From Rhina ancylostomus (lineage: Eukaryota), in the NCBI GenBank assembly GCA_030265395.1, contig JARFYF010000053.1, positions 16,200,636 to 16,264,635 on the forward strand: DNA of 64,000 nucleotides, read 5' to 3'. Shown piece by piece: positions 13,720 to 25,949 of this stretch (positions are counted from its first letter, which is position 1; the number at the start of each line of letters is the position of its first letter). Below the pieces are notes generated by a model. It saw only the letters and a list, made by a program, of their open reading frames with translations. It was not told where the DNA came from and did not search any database. The translations under genes and the position numbers were made by a program.

Positions 13720-14230
13720 TGGGAGACATGCACTGTCAGAGGGACAGTATTTGAGGGCGTGCAGCACTTTCAGAGTGCTAAAGGAGAGCTGCAGTGTTGG
13801 TGGGGAAGTACTGTGAGACAGCTCCACTGTTGAAGGGATAACACTGAGGGAGGCTGTTCTATTGGAGAGGTACTTCTGAGAGACAGATGCACTAATGAAG
13901 GGGCTGTTGCAAATAGTAGTGCTGAGAGAGAGTGGCACTTTCAGGGGGCAATAATAAGGAATAACTGGGGGCGGGGGGGGGAATAGGGGAGCTCGGGTGT
14001 GTTGTCCTTTAGATAAGATGTTAAACTAAGTCCCAATCTGCCGTCTCAGAGTACTTCAGATGACTTGGGCAACATTTATCCTTCAATAAGGCCATTCATC
14101 TCAATACTGCTTGTGGGATCTTGCTGTTTAGAAATTAGCTGAGCCTATGATCTCTAAACCAATAGTAAATGCCTTCCAAATGTAATTCACTGGCTGTGAA
14201 ATGATTTAATACACCCTGAGTTGACAAAAA
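13720..14230 (+). mobile_element. Deu-domain SINE (SacSINE1/AmnSINE-like) with tandemly expanded 5' unit
   Basis: GATAAGATGTTAAACTAAGTCCCAATCTGCC, TTGTGGGATCTTGCTG, TTCACTGGCTGTGAAA resemble the recalled Deu core; preceded by ~33-bp CAGTACTGAGGGAG..GCACT-like repeats. Confidence 0.6.
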
Positions 14231-14312
14231 TCTTTTCATAAACGTGAACCATTTGACAATGCAAGGATACAGCCCCAGTAGATGTCATGACCAAGGATCT
14301 GAAGGCACTTAC

Positions 14313-14472
14313 TTTTTTGTCCCATAAACCCAAGACACGGAGATATTTTCCAGAATAACCACAATTGTGAGGGGCAATGTGGCGGAATAGTCATCAAACA
14401 TTGTGACAAAGTAGTTTCCAGAACGCTGGACGAAGATGAGTCCGATTGAGAAAGCAACGACTGTGCAACCAA
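14313..14472 (-). CDS. SLC6A17: SLC6A17 exon 10 (160 nt)
   Basis: TTTTCCCACAG|[54 protein letters not shown]|GTAAGT. Confidence 0.96.
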
Positions 14473-14689
14473 CTGTGGGAAAAGCAAAAATAATCCAAGA
14501 AATTGAGATTAGAAATTAAATTGTATTTTAAATTCCCCTGAAACCTAGGGTAGAAGTTTTCAGAATGTGGAAAGGCAATTAGCCCAGGCATTCTGTCCCA
14601 TTTTTGGCAAATTAACCCCCATGTGGTCTTTTCCCTACAGATCTTTTCTCCAGAAATAGATCCATTTCATAGGATGCAGATATTATAAC

Positions 14690-14972
14690 ATGAACATATG
14701 AATAAATGAATTAGAAGCAGACTCCTTGAGCCTGTTCTGCCATTTAATAAGATCAGTGATGATCTAATTGTAACCTTAACTCCAGCCGTGATAACCTTTC
14801 ATCCATTTGCTTATCAGATATACATCTACCTATCTTAAAAATACTCAAAGGCTCTGCTTCCGCGCTCTTTGAGGAAGAGAAAATCTAAATGAAGTCTCAT
14901 CAATGCCTTATATAACTGAAACATGGCCTCCTTGTTTTTGTATTCAGTATTCCTACCAATAAACAATAACAT
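14690..14972 (-). mobile_element. Old CR1 LINE, 3' part (continues at 16518)
   Basis: Translation LLFIGRNTEYKNKEAMFQLYKAL aligns with ILASILRGIEYKSKDVLLRLYKVL in the CR1 at 36324-36791. Confidence 0.8.
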
Positions 14973-15423
14973 AGAACACAGAACAGTACAACACAATACA
15001 GGCCCTTTGGCCCACAATGTTGTGCCGACCTTTAAACCTCAGCTAAGACTATCTAACTCCCTTCCTCCCACACATCCCTCTATTTTAAATTCCTCCATAT
15101 GCTTATCTAGTAATTTCTTCAATTTAACCAATGTATCTACCTCCACTACTGCCCCAGGCAGCGCATTCCATGCCCCAACCACTCTCTGGGTAAAAAACCT
15201 TCCTCTAATGTCTCCCTTGAACTTCCCACCCATTACTTTAAAGCCATGCCCTCTTGTATTGACCATTGGTGCCCTGGGAAAGAGGTGCTGGCTGTCCACT
15301 CTATCTATTCCTCTTAATATTTTGTACACATCTATCATCCTCCTCCTCTCCAAAGAGTAAAGCCCCAGCTCCCTTAGCCTCTCCTCATAATGCATCCTCT
15401 CTAAACCAGGCAGCATCCTGAAC
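14972..15423 (-). mobile_element. Young CR1 LINE 3' end nested in an older CR1
   Basis: RMLPGLERMHYEERLRELGLYSLERRR...TRGHGFKV..RFFTQRVVGAWNALP; (TGTTCT)-like tail. Confidence 0.9.
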
Positions 15424-15561
15424 TCATAGGCCTGTGGCCTCAGAAGTGAGCTGAGGCTGACTGTGTGTGACACAAGCGTTGACCCATGAACAGGCTCCCT
15501 TTTTTACATGGAGATGGAGAAATGTCAGGTTTGCCTCAGGGTTTCCTCTCCTATTTTGCAG

Positions 15562-15667
15562 CACTCACCAACATCAAGCTCTGGGCCATCGACCGACAAT
15601 GTTTCCAAACCATAATGATGCGGACAGGCCTCATCAAACACATCGAGCACATGGAACTCCTCAGGAG
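15562..15667 (+). CDS. Isolated exon of a cGMP-dependent protein kinase (PRKG1-like), end of cyclic-nucleotide-binding domain A
   Basis: CTCTCCTATTTTGCAG|(A)[34 protein letters not shown](S)|GTGAGT; 106 nt, phase 1 to phase 2. Recalled PRKG1 peptide: [35 protein letters not shown]. The paralog cannot be assigned. Confidence 0.9.
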
Positions 15668-16517
15668 GTGAGTGTCAGCTCCCTACCTCTCCTGCCAACT
15701 CCCCTTGTGTTTGACCAGGGACCCATTCGTAGCTGACAGCTGCAGTCAGATGCCTGAGAGCGTTTCCTCGTGACTTGCATCCAGGTATCAGTGCAATCTT
15801 CTGCTTAAGTTCGTTTTAATTCAATGATCATGATCTTGCCTGTAATGAGATAACAACAATAACTTGCACCTAAATATACAAAAAACAACTGCTGGAGGAA
15901 CTCAGCGGGTTAGGTAGCATCTGGGGAGGGAAATGGACAGTGAACATTTTGGTTCGAGACCTTTAATCTGGACTTTGGTATCTGCAGAACCTTGTGATTG
16001 CATTTATATATTGCCTAGTGTAAAATGCCTGATCATGTGGCAGGCAGGGGTACACACTGAGAGGTGTCAAGGCAGATGACCAATAGCCTGGCCAAAACGC
16101 AATGCTCCACCTCGTGGGCCTTGTCACACTTGGCCAAGTTACGTTTGAGGCAGAGTTCATCCAAACTTCAGCAGTGCCAAATGGGCACAGTGTCCAACCC
16201 CCTCTGTCTGTGTCTCTCAGTCACTGAGGGCCCTGTGGAGATTTGCACAAAGACCACACAACGTTGCTCGAAGCACACATTGTGTCCTTTCTTTCTCTAC
16301 CACATTTACCCCCCTCCTTATTGCGTCNNNNNNNNNNNNNNNNNNNNNNNNNNNNNNNNNNNNNNNNNNNNNNNNNNNNNNNNNNNNNNNNNNNNNNNNN
16401 NNNNNNNNNNNNNNNNNNNNNNNNNNNTTCCACCCACCCACCACTCTCTGTGCAAAAAAATTGCCTCTGACATCCCCCCCCCCCCCCCCCCACCCATAGC
16501 TTCCTCCAGCCTGGGGA

Positions 16518-17090
16518 ATTAACTTCACTAATTACTTGCAATACAAACATACTAGCCTTTGCAAGTAATGCATCAATACACACAGATGCCTCTGTAGCTC
16601 AGAGCTCTGTGGTCACTCATCATTTAGACAATGGCTTCTTATTCAATTTTCCTGTCAAATGGGATATTTTTGCCACATTATTTGCCAGATCTTTGCCCAC
16701 TCCCTTAAACTGTATGTATCCCTTTTTTAACCTCTTTATGTCCTCCTCTGAAATTATTTCCCCATGTACCTTTATTCATCAATAAATTTTGCAACCATAC
16801 CTTAAAGCTTTCACCCAGACACTTGTATGAATTATAAAATCTTGGGGCTGTAGCACCAACCTTACTGGTGTACCACTTGTTACATGTTTACAACCAGGAA
16901 AAAGACCTATTTTATACCTACTCTTTAGCCAACCTTCTATTTATATCATTTCATTACATTTTAAGCCATGAGCTTTTACTTCCTGCAATGCCTTTTGTGC
17001 CTTATCCTATCAAATGCCTTTCAGAAATATAAATGTAGTACATCCACTTTTATCCATGAAACATGTTATTTCCTCAAAAAATTTCCCATT
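16518..17090 (-). mobile_element. Old CR1 LINE, 5' continuation
   Basis: KASMFVLQVISEVN aligns with KINLQVESVVKKAN; degraded RT region follows. Confidence 0.7.
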
Positions 17091-17149
17091 TGAGGCCCCA
17101 TATGCCTTCTCAATACATGTAAAAGATCTCATTGCAGAAGAAAGGCAGG

Positions 17150-17560
17150 GAGATTGGATAGGCTGGGACTCTTCTTGCTGGAGTGTGGGAGGCTAAAGGA
17201 TGCCCTTATGGAGGTTTATAAAATTATGAAGGGAATAGATAGGGTAGATAGTCACAGTCTTTTTCCCAGATAAAGGAGTCTGAAACTAGAGGTCAGAGGG
17301 GAAAGATTTAAAGGGAAACTGAGGGAGAAATTTTTCACATAAAGATTGGTGGGTATATGGAACAAGCTACCAGAGGAGGTGATAGAGGCAGGGACAATTA
17401 CATTTAAGAGTTATTTGGATGGGTACATGGATGACAAGGTTTATAGGGATATGAGCCAAACACAGGCAAATGGGATTAGAGTAGATGGGTATCTTGGCTG
17501 GCATGGATGAATTCAGCCAAAGGGCCTGTTTTCCTGCTGTATAACTCTGTGAATCTATAA
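17150..17560 (+). mobile_element. CR1 LINE 3' end
   Basis: GAGGTTTATAAAATTATGA..GATAGGGTAGATAG..CTAGAGG..GGGCCTGTTT tail. Confidence 0.85.
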
Positions 17561-18244
17561 ACCCATGTATTTGAACTCCATGCACAAACAAACTAACCTT
17601 TACTTATTTAAACATAACTCTAAAGGAAGCAAGACTGTGCCTGGTAATGGATTAAATGAGATAGCAGTATGTATGTAAATTTGATTTGGTGTCAGGATTA
17701 ATACTCTGTTTTAATGATATATGAATCAATACTATCTTCAAAACGATCCCTAATATGGGTTTGATTAACATTGACACTGACTTGGTATGTCTGAATTGGT
17801 CGAAATTTTAAGAATTGACATAAGGTACCGAATATTTAGGTGGAAGCAGGAATGGAGTGGGAAAGGTTAACCTAACTGAACATAATATGGTAAAACTAAG
17901 GACATAGAGAATATAAGTAAATGAATGTTAACATTACAGGGAATGTGGTTTGTTTATATGTGACAGAATTAACATATTAGTAGGTCATTGGAACAAAAAT
18001 CAGAAATCAGCAATATGTTTTTATGTGACTGGAGAGCCTCAGAATGATCTTGTCTATACTATGGCTCTGAGAGTCCTAGCCTCAATCTTGACAGATTACC
18101 AAGGAAATGTAAATTGAAGAGGGGCCTTTTGTTCTCAAGTGGGTAAAACAAAATATTGCCGGTTTTAAGTCTTTGAAGATATGCTGATTATATCACTTCA
18201 CCTCACAGCAAATCTTATCAGGAAGGTGTTAAGGATCAAGAGGA

Positions 18245-18510
18245 AAGGGATTTAGGGTAAGGGGTAAGAGATTTAGAGGGGATTTTAGGGGGACTTTTTT
18301 CACTTAGAGAGTGGTGAGTACATGGAATACACAACCGGAGAGAATGGTAGAAGCAGAGTCAATTGCAGCATTTAGTGTCTAGCTGAGCACTTGAATCGCC
18401 TAAGTTATGGGCCAAGTGCTGGAAGATGGGAATCAATCTTGGGTTGGTCCCCACTGGTGTGGATATGATGGGCCAAATGGCCTGGTTCCCTGCTATATGA
18501 CTCTATGGCT
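18245..18510 (+). mobile_element. CR1 LINE 3' fragment
   Basis: TTTTTCACTTAGAGAGTGGTGAG..ATGGGCCAAATGGCCT. Confidence 0.75.
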
Positions 18511-19509
18511 CTTAAGCATCTTTATTGTAAAATAATCATACTTTGTCTGAGAATGTGTACTTTTTTAATTGATTCTGCTCTGAAATTTAATCTGTTCTTC
18601 TTTATACTTGCTTTTGTGCCACTGCTGCTCATAATTGCATAGGTTAAAGGGTGCATACCGCATGGAAGACCACTCATGATTTTCAGCATGCCAATGATGT
18701 CTGTTCCATGCTAATTGTGGAACTCCATTAGGAGTTCAGCAGGGACAAAAAGCATAAAAGAAAGGGGCACCTACACTGTGTCTAGAAAATATTAGCTAAT
18801 AATAGGTCAGAAGATCTGGGATGCTTTCACAATTTGTACTTCCCATTTCAGACCACTAGAAGCAGTGACATCTAGAGGGATCTGAGCAATTGCATCAGTT
18901 TTACTCAAAATGATGGTGAAAGATTGTGAACTGCATCCAGGAACATCCTGCATTAAGAAGCTGGAAGGTGCAAGGATCAGAATCAGGTTTATTATCACTG
19001 ACATATGTCGGGAAATCTGTTGTTTTGTGACACTCTCTGTTTGACTAAAGTACACCTTCTCAGACCCCTCTTCTCACAGCCTAACCCCAGCTACATGAGA
19101 AAATCCCCTAAAATTTGGTGGTATGCAATTCGAGACATTTATTGTTTCTTACCATATTCGTTGTCTGTAAGATATGAACGATTATTTAAAAATGTAGAGA
19201 CAATTTAATTCATTGAATTATATAGAATTCCATGAAAATTTGTACACAAAACGGACCTTGTTACCGCACCAGTAAATGCTAGCGTATCATTCACAGAGCA
19301 GTAAACTAATCCCACAGTCCATTCTACTCACCCATTTCCTTACCTCCTTATTTTTCCATTCTATCCTGTTCTTACACATTAACAGGACCTTAGCTTCAAT
19401 CACTAATGAATACAGCCTAAGAACCCTTTGCAAAACAACAATTTTGCCAACCCTATTGAATTCAAACCATCCTGCACCTAGCTTGGGGTGTTCGATATTA
19501 TTAAATGCA

Positions 19510-19992
19510 ACCAAGGTGCTGCCTGGATTAAAGGGCATGTGCTATAAGGAGAGGTTGGACAAACTTGGATCTTTCTCTCTGGAGTGGTGGAGGCTGAGGG
19601 GATCTGATAGAGGTTTATAAGATTATAGGAGGAATAGACAGAATAGACAGCCAGTATCTTTTCCACAGGGTTGAAATGTCTAATACCAGAGGCCATGCAT
19701 TTAAGGTGACGGGGGTAAATTCAAAGGAGATGTGCGGGGCAATTTTTTTTTACACACAGAGAGTGATGGGTGCCTCAAATGTGCTGCCTGGGGTGGTGGT
19801 GGTGGAGGTAAATGCATAGGGATGTTCAAGAAGCTCTTAGATCAGCACATGAATGAGAGGGAAATGGTAGGATATGGACATTGTGTAGGCAGAAGGGATT
19901 AGTTTAATTGGGCATTTTATTACTAATGTAATTGGTTCAGCACAACATCGTTGGCCAAAGGCCTGTTCCTGTACTGTACTGTTCTATGTCCT
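19510..19992 (+). mobile_element. CR1 LINE 3' end
   Basis: VLPGLKGMCYKERLDKLG.FSLE; tail CCTGTACTGTACTGTTCTATG. Confidence 0.88.
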
Positions 19993-20779
19993 ATGGACAC
20001 CTTTAACTTTCCTCAGTAGCACTGTTGAGAGGAGCTCCATGTCAAATGTTAGTGATATCACTGACAAAGCAGGAGAGAAAGATGAAGAGGTTCCTAGTTC
20101 ACTGACTGAGTGTTGCAGGAATACACAAACAGCAGAAAATATTTTCTGAATGTGATGATTTAGCAAATGAGAATTTCAAGGATATAATGTACAACAACAT
20201 CTTGCATTTCAGAAATATATACTTGCATGGAATCTGCACCACAGAGAACATCCTGATAGCTTATCTATTTTGGCTTTTATTCCTACTATTCTGTTATATC
20301 TCTCAATATCTGCATAATTATCTTATTCCCTACTCATTTATATGTAGTTCATAGTCCATCACTGACAATTAAATATCTGTCCTTGTAAACTTATTCTGCC
20401 TCACGTTCTTGCCTAGCTTCTCCTTAAATGTGTCTATGCTATTCATCTCAACCGGTGTCAGTGATTTCCACGTTCTCCCCAACTCCAAATAAAGATCTTT
20501 TAATTAAATTCCTCATGAATGGTGCCCAAAGTGCACTCTTAGGTGGACTACTGCTCAAGTGGAAAGTTGAAGCCTCTAACCAGCACACCTTCATATCACA
20601 GGACAAAGGCAGCCACGCTTTGTGACATACATGGAAATAGTAACAACAGGTGACAGTGACAGATAAGTTAGTACATTTCAATGTTGTTTCTATTTTCTAT
20701 CAGTTGCCTCTTGGATTCAGTTATGATGGATTCACTCCAGTACCTGCTCAATATGAGAGTGGTGGGGTGGGGGATACGA

Positions 20780-21290
20780 CGAGTTGGAGTAGAGGGAGAG
20801 AGGACAGGGGAAAATATTGATGCGAGAGGAGAAAAGGCAAAGCAAAATGAAGAGGAGGAATGATTAGCGAGGAGGAGAGGAAGGAAGGAGAGCGGAGAGA
20901 AAGATGGACAGGACAGACGGAACAAACGAAAGAAGAGAGAGTGGTGAGGGAGAGGCAAAGAGCAGGGAGAGAGGCAGAGGAGGAGAGAAATAGTGGAGAA
21001 GAGTGGGCTGCAGATTATGAAAGGAAAGTGGAGAGCAGGAGATGGTGAAAAGAGAGAGATAAGGAAAGAAAGGAGGAAAAAGTGGAGGATAGAAGAGAAG
21101 GGGGTAGAGTGTGAGGGAAATATAGTGAGCAGAGCACCAAGACAAAGGAGGGAAGGAGAAAGACAAGAACAGAGAACGATATAGAAAGACAGAGAGAGGA
21201 GGACAGAGAAAACAGGAGAGCCGGAGAATGGAGTAGAGAGGGAGACGAGAATGTAGATGAAATTTGGGAAAAGAGGGTGGGGAGAGTTTT
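20780..21290. repeat. GA-rich low-complexity tract
   Basis: Near-pure purine strand; produces spurious ORFs. Confidence 0.85.
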
Positions 21291-22575
21291 GCAAAGAAGC
21301 TCCCTTTGTTCAACTCTAAGTTTTCGATTCAAATTCATTTTCTTTCAGGATCTTAAAACAAAAAATTCTTCATCTCCTTTGGTTTTCCCTTCCTCTGCAG
21401 AGCTGATAGAAAACCCCAGAATGGTGAGAGCAAAGTAATGCATCAGCTGCTTTTCAAAATTGATGGTTTCCTTCCGCTGTCAGCTTTGCCTCATCATCAA
21501 AGTTTTTCCTTAAAAACGTTGTCTCACATTTGGCAGTTTCAATCCATTCATCACTTTCAGTTCCACACGCACACACACACACAAAGTTTATATTGGCAAA
21601 GAAATAGTGCCAATGCTTAATAAGTGCTTTCAGCTTGATTAACAACATTGTGAATAATCCACCAATTCCTCCACAACGAAGGAACAAAAATCGCACAGGC
21701 AGGTTAATCACTGGATAATTTACTGTGAAGATCTTGCAAGGACAGGAGATGGAAAATTCTAATCACTTTAGTTAAAGACTCCTGCTGTGCTATTAATTTA
21801 ATGATGTGTTCAACTGGAACATATATCGATCCATTCTTTTCACTGTAGGAAAACAAATTGTTACCTCCCTCTGCCTTTCAACTTCATCTACAACGGCTCA
21901 GTTAAACAAACCCAAGCCTCTAATGATTCTGCTATTGATTGTCACAACATTTGGAAGAATGAACAAAACAATGTTTAGAAACAGGAATTTCAGGCCAAAT
22001 AAATATTTTCTATTTTTGTCTGACCATTCTATTAAACTTAACTCAATGTTCCTTTGTGCAATGGCATTTTGAGCAGTAAATTTTCAAATGCATCCTCATG
22101 AAGAGATTTTTCGTTTCTCTTTTATACAAGTGGAGAAAGTATCTTTCTGGCTGGTGATGTGGACCAAGTTGTGGCAACAGTAATGTGGGTGGTGGTGCAA
22201 GTTTTCATCTACGTCACCGATACATCAATGATCTGCATGCAGTCGAGCCCCGGTAAATCAAGCACAACCAACAGCAAATTGCACACTGCCCACTCTCAGT
22301 GACATATGGCTTGAGAACATTCAGTGAAGATAATGGTTAGGTATTGTTTACTATCTGCTTTCAAGGAATTCATGAAGGAATGAAATTACATTCATATCAA
22401 ATTGTAACCTCCCTGCAGTCACCCTGAGGTCCAGGAAGATTAACAAATTATGACGGTTAGTGTTTTGCCTTGTGTCTGTTTTTGAATCTCACATGCTGCC
22501 TATCTTATTGCCTCCTCTGGGGTAACTAACTTTGTGGCCGGATGGTGTGTCACTTATGGTGAAGATATGGTGATG

Positions 22576-22715
22576 GGGCGGCACGGTAGCGTAGCGGTTA
22601 GTGTGACGCTATTACAGCACCAGCGACCGGGGTTTGATTCCCATCGCTGTCCGTAAGGAATTTGTACATTCTCCCATGTCTGCGTGGGTTTCCTCTGGGT
22701 GCTCTGGTTTCCTCC
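22576..22715 (+). mobile_element. Young tRNA-derived SINE, truncated by gap
   Basis: A-box GGCACGGTAGCGTAGCGGTTAG and B-box-like GGTTTGATTCCC; CpGs retained. Confidence 0.85.
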
Positions 22716-22815
22716 NNNNNNNNNNNNNNNNNNNNNNNNNNNNNNNNNNNNNNNNNNNNNNNNNNNNNNNNNNNNNNNNNNNNNNNNNNNNNNNNNNNNN
22801 NNNNNNNNNNNNNNN

Positions 22816-22878
22816 AGCTGGGAAATGGGTCATTGCTTCTGTGAAGGCAATAAATGCCAGGCATGTTCCCTGTACCGA
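22816..22878 (-). CDS. SLC6A17: SLC6A17 exon 9, 5' part only (rest lost in gap 22716-22815)
   Basis: CTCTTGCAG|SVQGTCLAFIAFTEAMTHFPA runs directly into Ns. Confidence 0.92.
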
Positions 22879-24119
22879 CTGCAAGAGATCAGAAAGATTA
22901 AGTGAATAGTCGTAACAGTATAACTGTTGCAGGTCAAACTGCAAGCCAGTAATCAACCGAGACATCAGGGAGATTTCAATAAAGTATCAAAAATTTTGAC
23001 CAAAGTTCTTACTTTGGAAATAGTTGGTGATCTGTATGTGAATTAGGCTCCGAATTGCCCTAGTTTTACAAGGTGAACTTTTCTGTTTACACTTGCCCTC
23101 AGGCTCATTCACATGTCTTTATTCAGATTTGCTCCAACTTTGTAGTCAGTTTCGAGGGGGAAGAGCCTCAAAGAAAACTACCCCACAGAGATGCATTTCA
23201 CCTTCCTTGATGGAAACTATTGTTGACTGTCAGTTCTAGGGGATCCCTGGAACCCACAATACTGATGTCATCAAGCAAGTTGACCAACCAATCACACTGA
23301 AGAAAGCGAACCAGCAAATAAATAACTTTTTGTTAACTGACTTTTTTAAAGCATCGTTCTGAGCAAAACAAAAACACACAAGATGAGTAGAGGAGTTATC
23401 ATAAGCAAAATTTAAAGAAAACCATTTTAAATACTTATATTGCTTTGAAACAAATATCTGAGGAAACCAAAACCACATTATAAAAATACTTGCTTAGGAC
23501 TAGAAAGGTACTAAGTGAAAATTATGGATTAAAATCTAAATGACACCTTATTCAATAAGTCATATTTTCATAATATGTTATAGTGAGAATAGTTTATAAA
23601 TGGGTTAAGTTGCATCTTCCACTAATTATACCAGACAAGGCTGCTACACTGCACTCTGTGAACCATTGAGAGCAACTTTTGGATCTGCCGAACAATCTCA
23701 GGCAAGAGAAGATCTTCAGTCCATCTCACCTCACCCCACCTACAGTATTTCCTTCACCACTTTAGCACTCCTTTCCATAATATTCCCTTCAATTCCTCCA
23801 GCCCTCCAATCTACAATATTCTCTTCAAACAATGCAGATATACTTTCTACATTATTTACTTCAGCCTATCTTTCCCCCCATTCACAATATTCCCTTGATG
23901 TATTTGAAATAATCTCAAATCCCAGTTGTTGACCAGAACCAGTGGAGATCTTGTTCCACCTACACCCTTAATCCTTTTGTTGATCTGTCCATTAATACGT
24001 CACTTCTTTCTGCATTTTCTATTTTATTTAGTTGTCTGTAATTTATAAGTATGATCCCATGTATTAACTTATGGACATTTCAGGTAAAACTGCTTAGTGC
24101 CAACAGTCGACAATGTTTG

Positions 24120-24620
24120 GAGGCATGGCTGAGCACAGGTGAACATAGTGTGCGATATGACTGGGCACAGGGGAGGAGAATGGTGCATGCTGTTACAGTG
24201 TAAACAGAAACAGTGTAACAAGGCATGGGTATATGAGGTATGATGGGTTAAAGATAGAACTAGTGCACGTATGACGGGCATGGATGGACATGGTGTACAC
24301 TATGGCGCAGATTAATACAGGATGTGAAAGGCAAGACTGAAAATAGTGCAGCACAAAAGCCATTTGTGGGAATAGTGTCAATGTGTCATGGCATAGATTG
24401 GGCTAAAGCAAAATGTGATATCTGAGATGTGCCAGGGGCAAGGATAAAAATACTGCGAAGTGTAGCATTGAACTGGCAGGAACAGGACCAGGTGTGACAT
24501 GGCAGAGGTGGGGAAAATTAAGAGGGTAAATAACACAGGTGGGGAAAGCATGATTGTTACAGGAATGGGCAAAGGGCCCAAGAATGGTGGCAAAACAAAT
24601 AGTGACAGGAGATTTTACCT
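24120..24620. repeat. Degenerate ~29-bp tandem repeat
   Basis: Recurring GGCACAGG..AATAGTG/ATGGCA motifs. Confidence 0.45.
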
Positions 24621-25631
24621 CACAAGACAAAATACTGCACCTATGTCAGATACTGAGGCTCAAGAGGGAAATTACAGGAAGTCATTCATAATCCATTTAA
24701 AATAACTGAATCCCACCAGCCACTTAATTAAGAAATGTTCCTACAAAAAAGCTTCAATGAATTTGCAAATCCTACAGGGACTTCTAATCAGTAATATTGA
24801 AATCTTATTCTGGAGCCAGTGTTCAAATCTGAGATGAAGTGTCAATCTCTTTCTTTAGTGGCAGGAGGGGGGAGAAAGAGAGTAATGGAGAGATAACATG
24901 AATGAAAATGAAGTACTATCTGGGGAGGTATGTTGTGAATAAGCAACTGAGTTGATCACATTAAGAGATGAGGTCTTTCTCCATTAAGGTCTTGAGGCCT
25001 TTGCAATTCAACGTCAATAAAGAACTAAAAGGCAATGGTTTTGAGATAGCTGCTGTTGTTTCATGAGGCTTTTGACCTCAAGCAGGATAGGCTATCAGGA
25101 AGCTCACTCAAACTGCTTTCCCTGCAGTGACCCTCTGCGTGTTGAACTCTAATAGATGATAAACAAGAGCGGACAATTGCAGCTGAAATTGAGATTCCTC
25201 TCCTCCATTGAGATTCTGAATCCATTCCTCATTGTTTTTGGGTGTATAAGGTATGCAAGTATATGACAGACTGTTTAAATTATAGGCACTGTCTGCTGTC
25301 TGAGAAGGCAGTGCCCCTTCAGAGGAACTGGTTATTCCTTTAGGTCAATATTTTCTTTTCCACTCTGACTTTACAGCAACACATTGCCTTGCTATTTCAT
25401 TTTAAAAAAGATAAATGTATGACAGATAAAATTCCCCCTCGAAAACATCGAGAATCAGCGGTTTCAGTAAAAACAACAGAATGCTGTACATCAAACTTCA
25501 TAATATATGTAAAACATATTAAATCACAAGCTTTTTGAGCATATCCACAGAAAAATTAATCTATCCTTCATCCCTTCATTTCTTTCACTGTTTCAACATT
25601 CTGGTGAAATGGACATTTGTGCCAGTCTCAC

Positions 25632-25824
25632 CTTATCTAGCTCATCCTCCAGCTGACATGTGTCCAGCCCTAATTCCTTGAAATGATCTTCCTTCACTGT
25701 CTTTATGACACTGTACATTTCTGCATAATCAGAGGCTGTGAGATGTGAGAAATTGATGTGTGGTGGAATCAGATCGTGGCTCAGGACTTTGGAATTCAGG
25801 TATCCAATAATCTTTTCAGAATTC
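25632..25824 (-). CDS. SLC6A17: SLC6A17 exon 8 (193 nt, extracellular loop 4)
   Basis: TTTGGCAG|G NSEKIIGYLNSKVLSHDLIPPHINFSHLTASDYAEMYSVIKTVKEDHFKELGLDTCQLEDELDK|GTGAGA. Confidence 0.96.
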
Positions 25825-25949
25825 CTGCCAAAGGAGAAAGAAAAATCTAGGCTATTTCTTGTAGAATCAAGCACAGACTACAATGAGGAAAGCACAAACT
25901 GAGTTCTAGACTTAAATGTCAATGAGATATTCAACCACAGGTATCAGTT

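Noticed and set aside
16200-16327. Acceptor-like CTGTGTCTCTCAG as a possible next PRKG exon
   Set aside because: Downstream sequence does not encode the expected VPTFQSLP.. peptide and no matching donor was seen.
20668-21338. Overlapping 100-200 aa hydrophobic ORFs
   Set aside because: By-product of a GA-rich tract lacking stop codons.
22576-22650. tRNA-like sequence
   Set aside because: It is the head of a SINE, continuing into the body shared with other SINE copies in the window.
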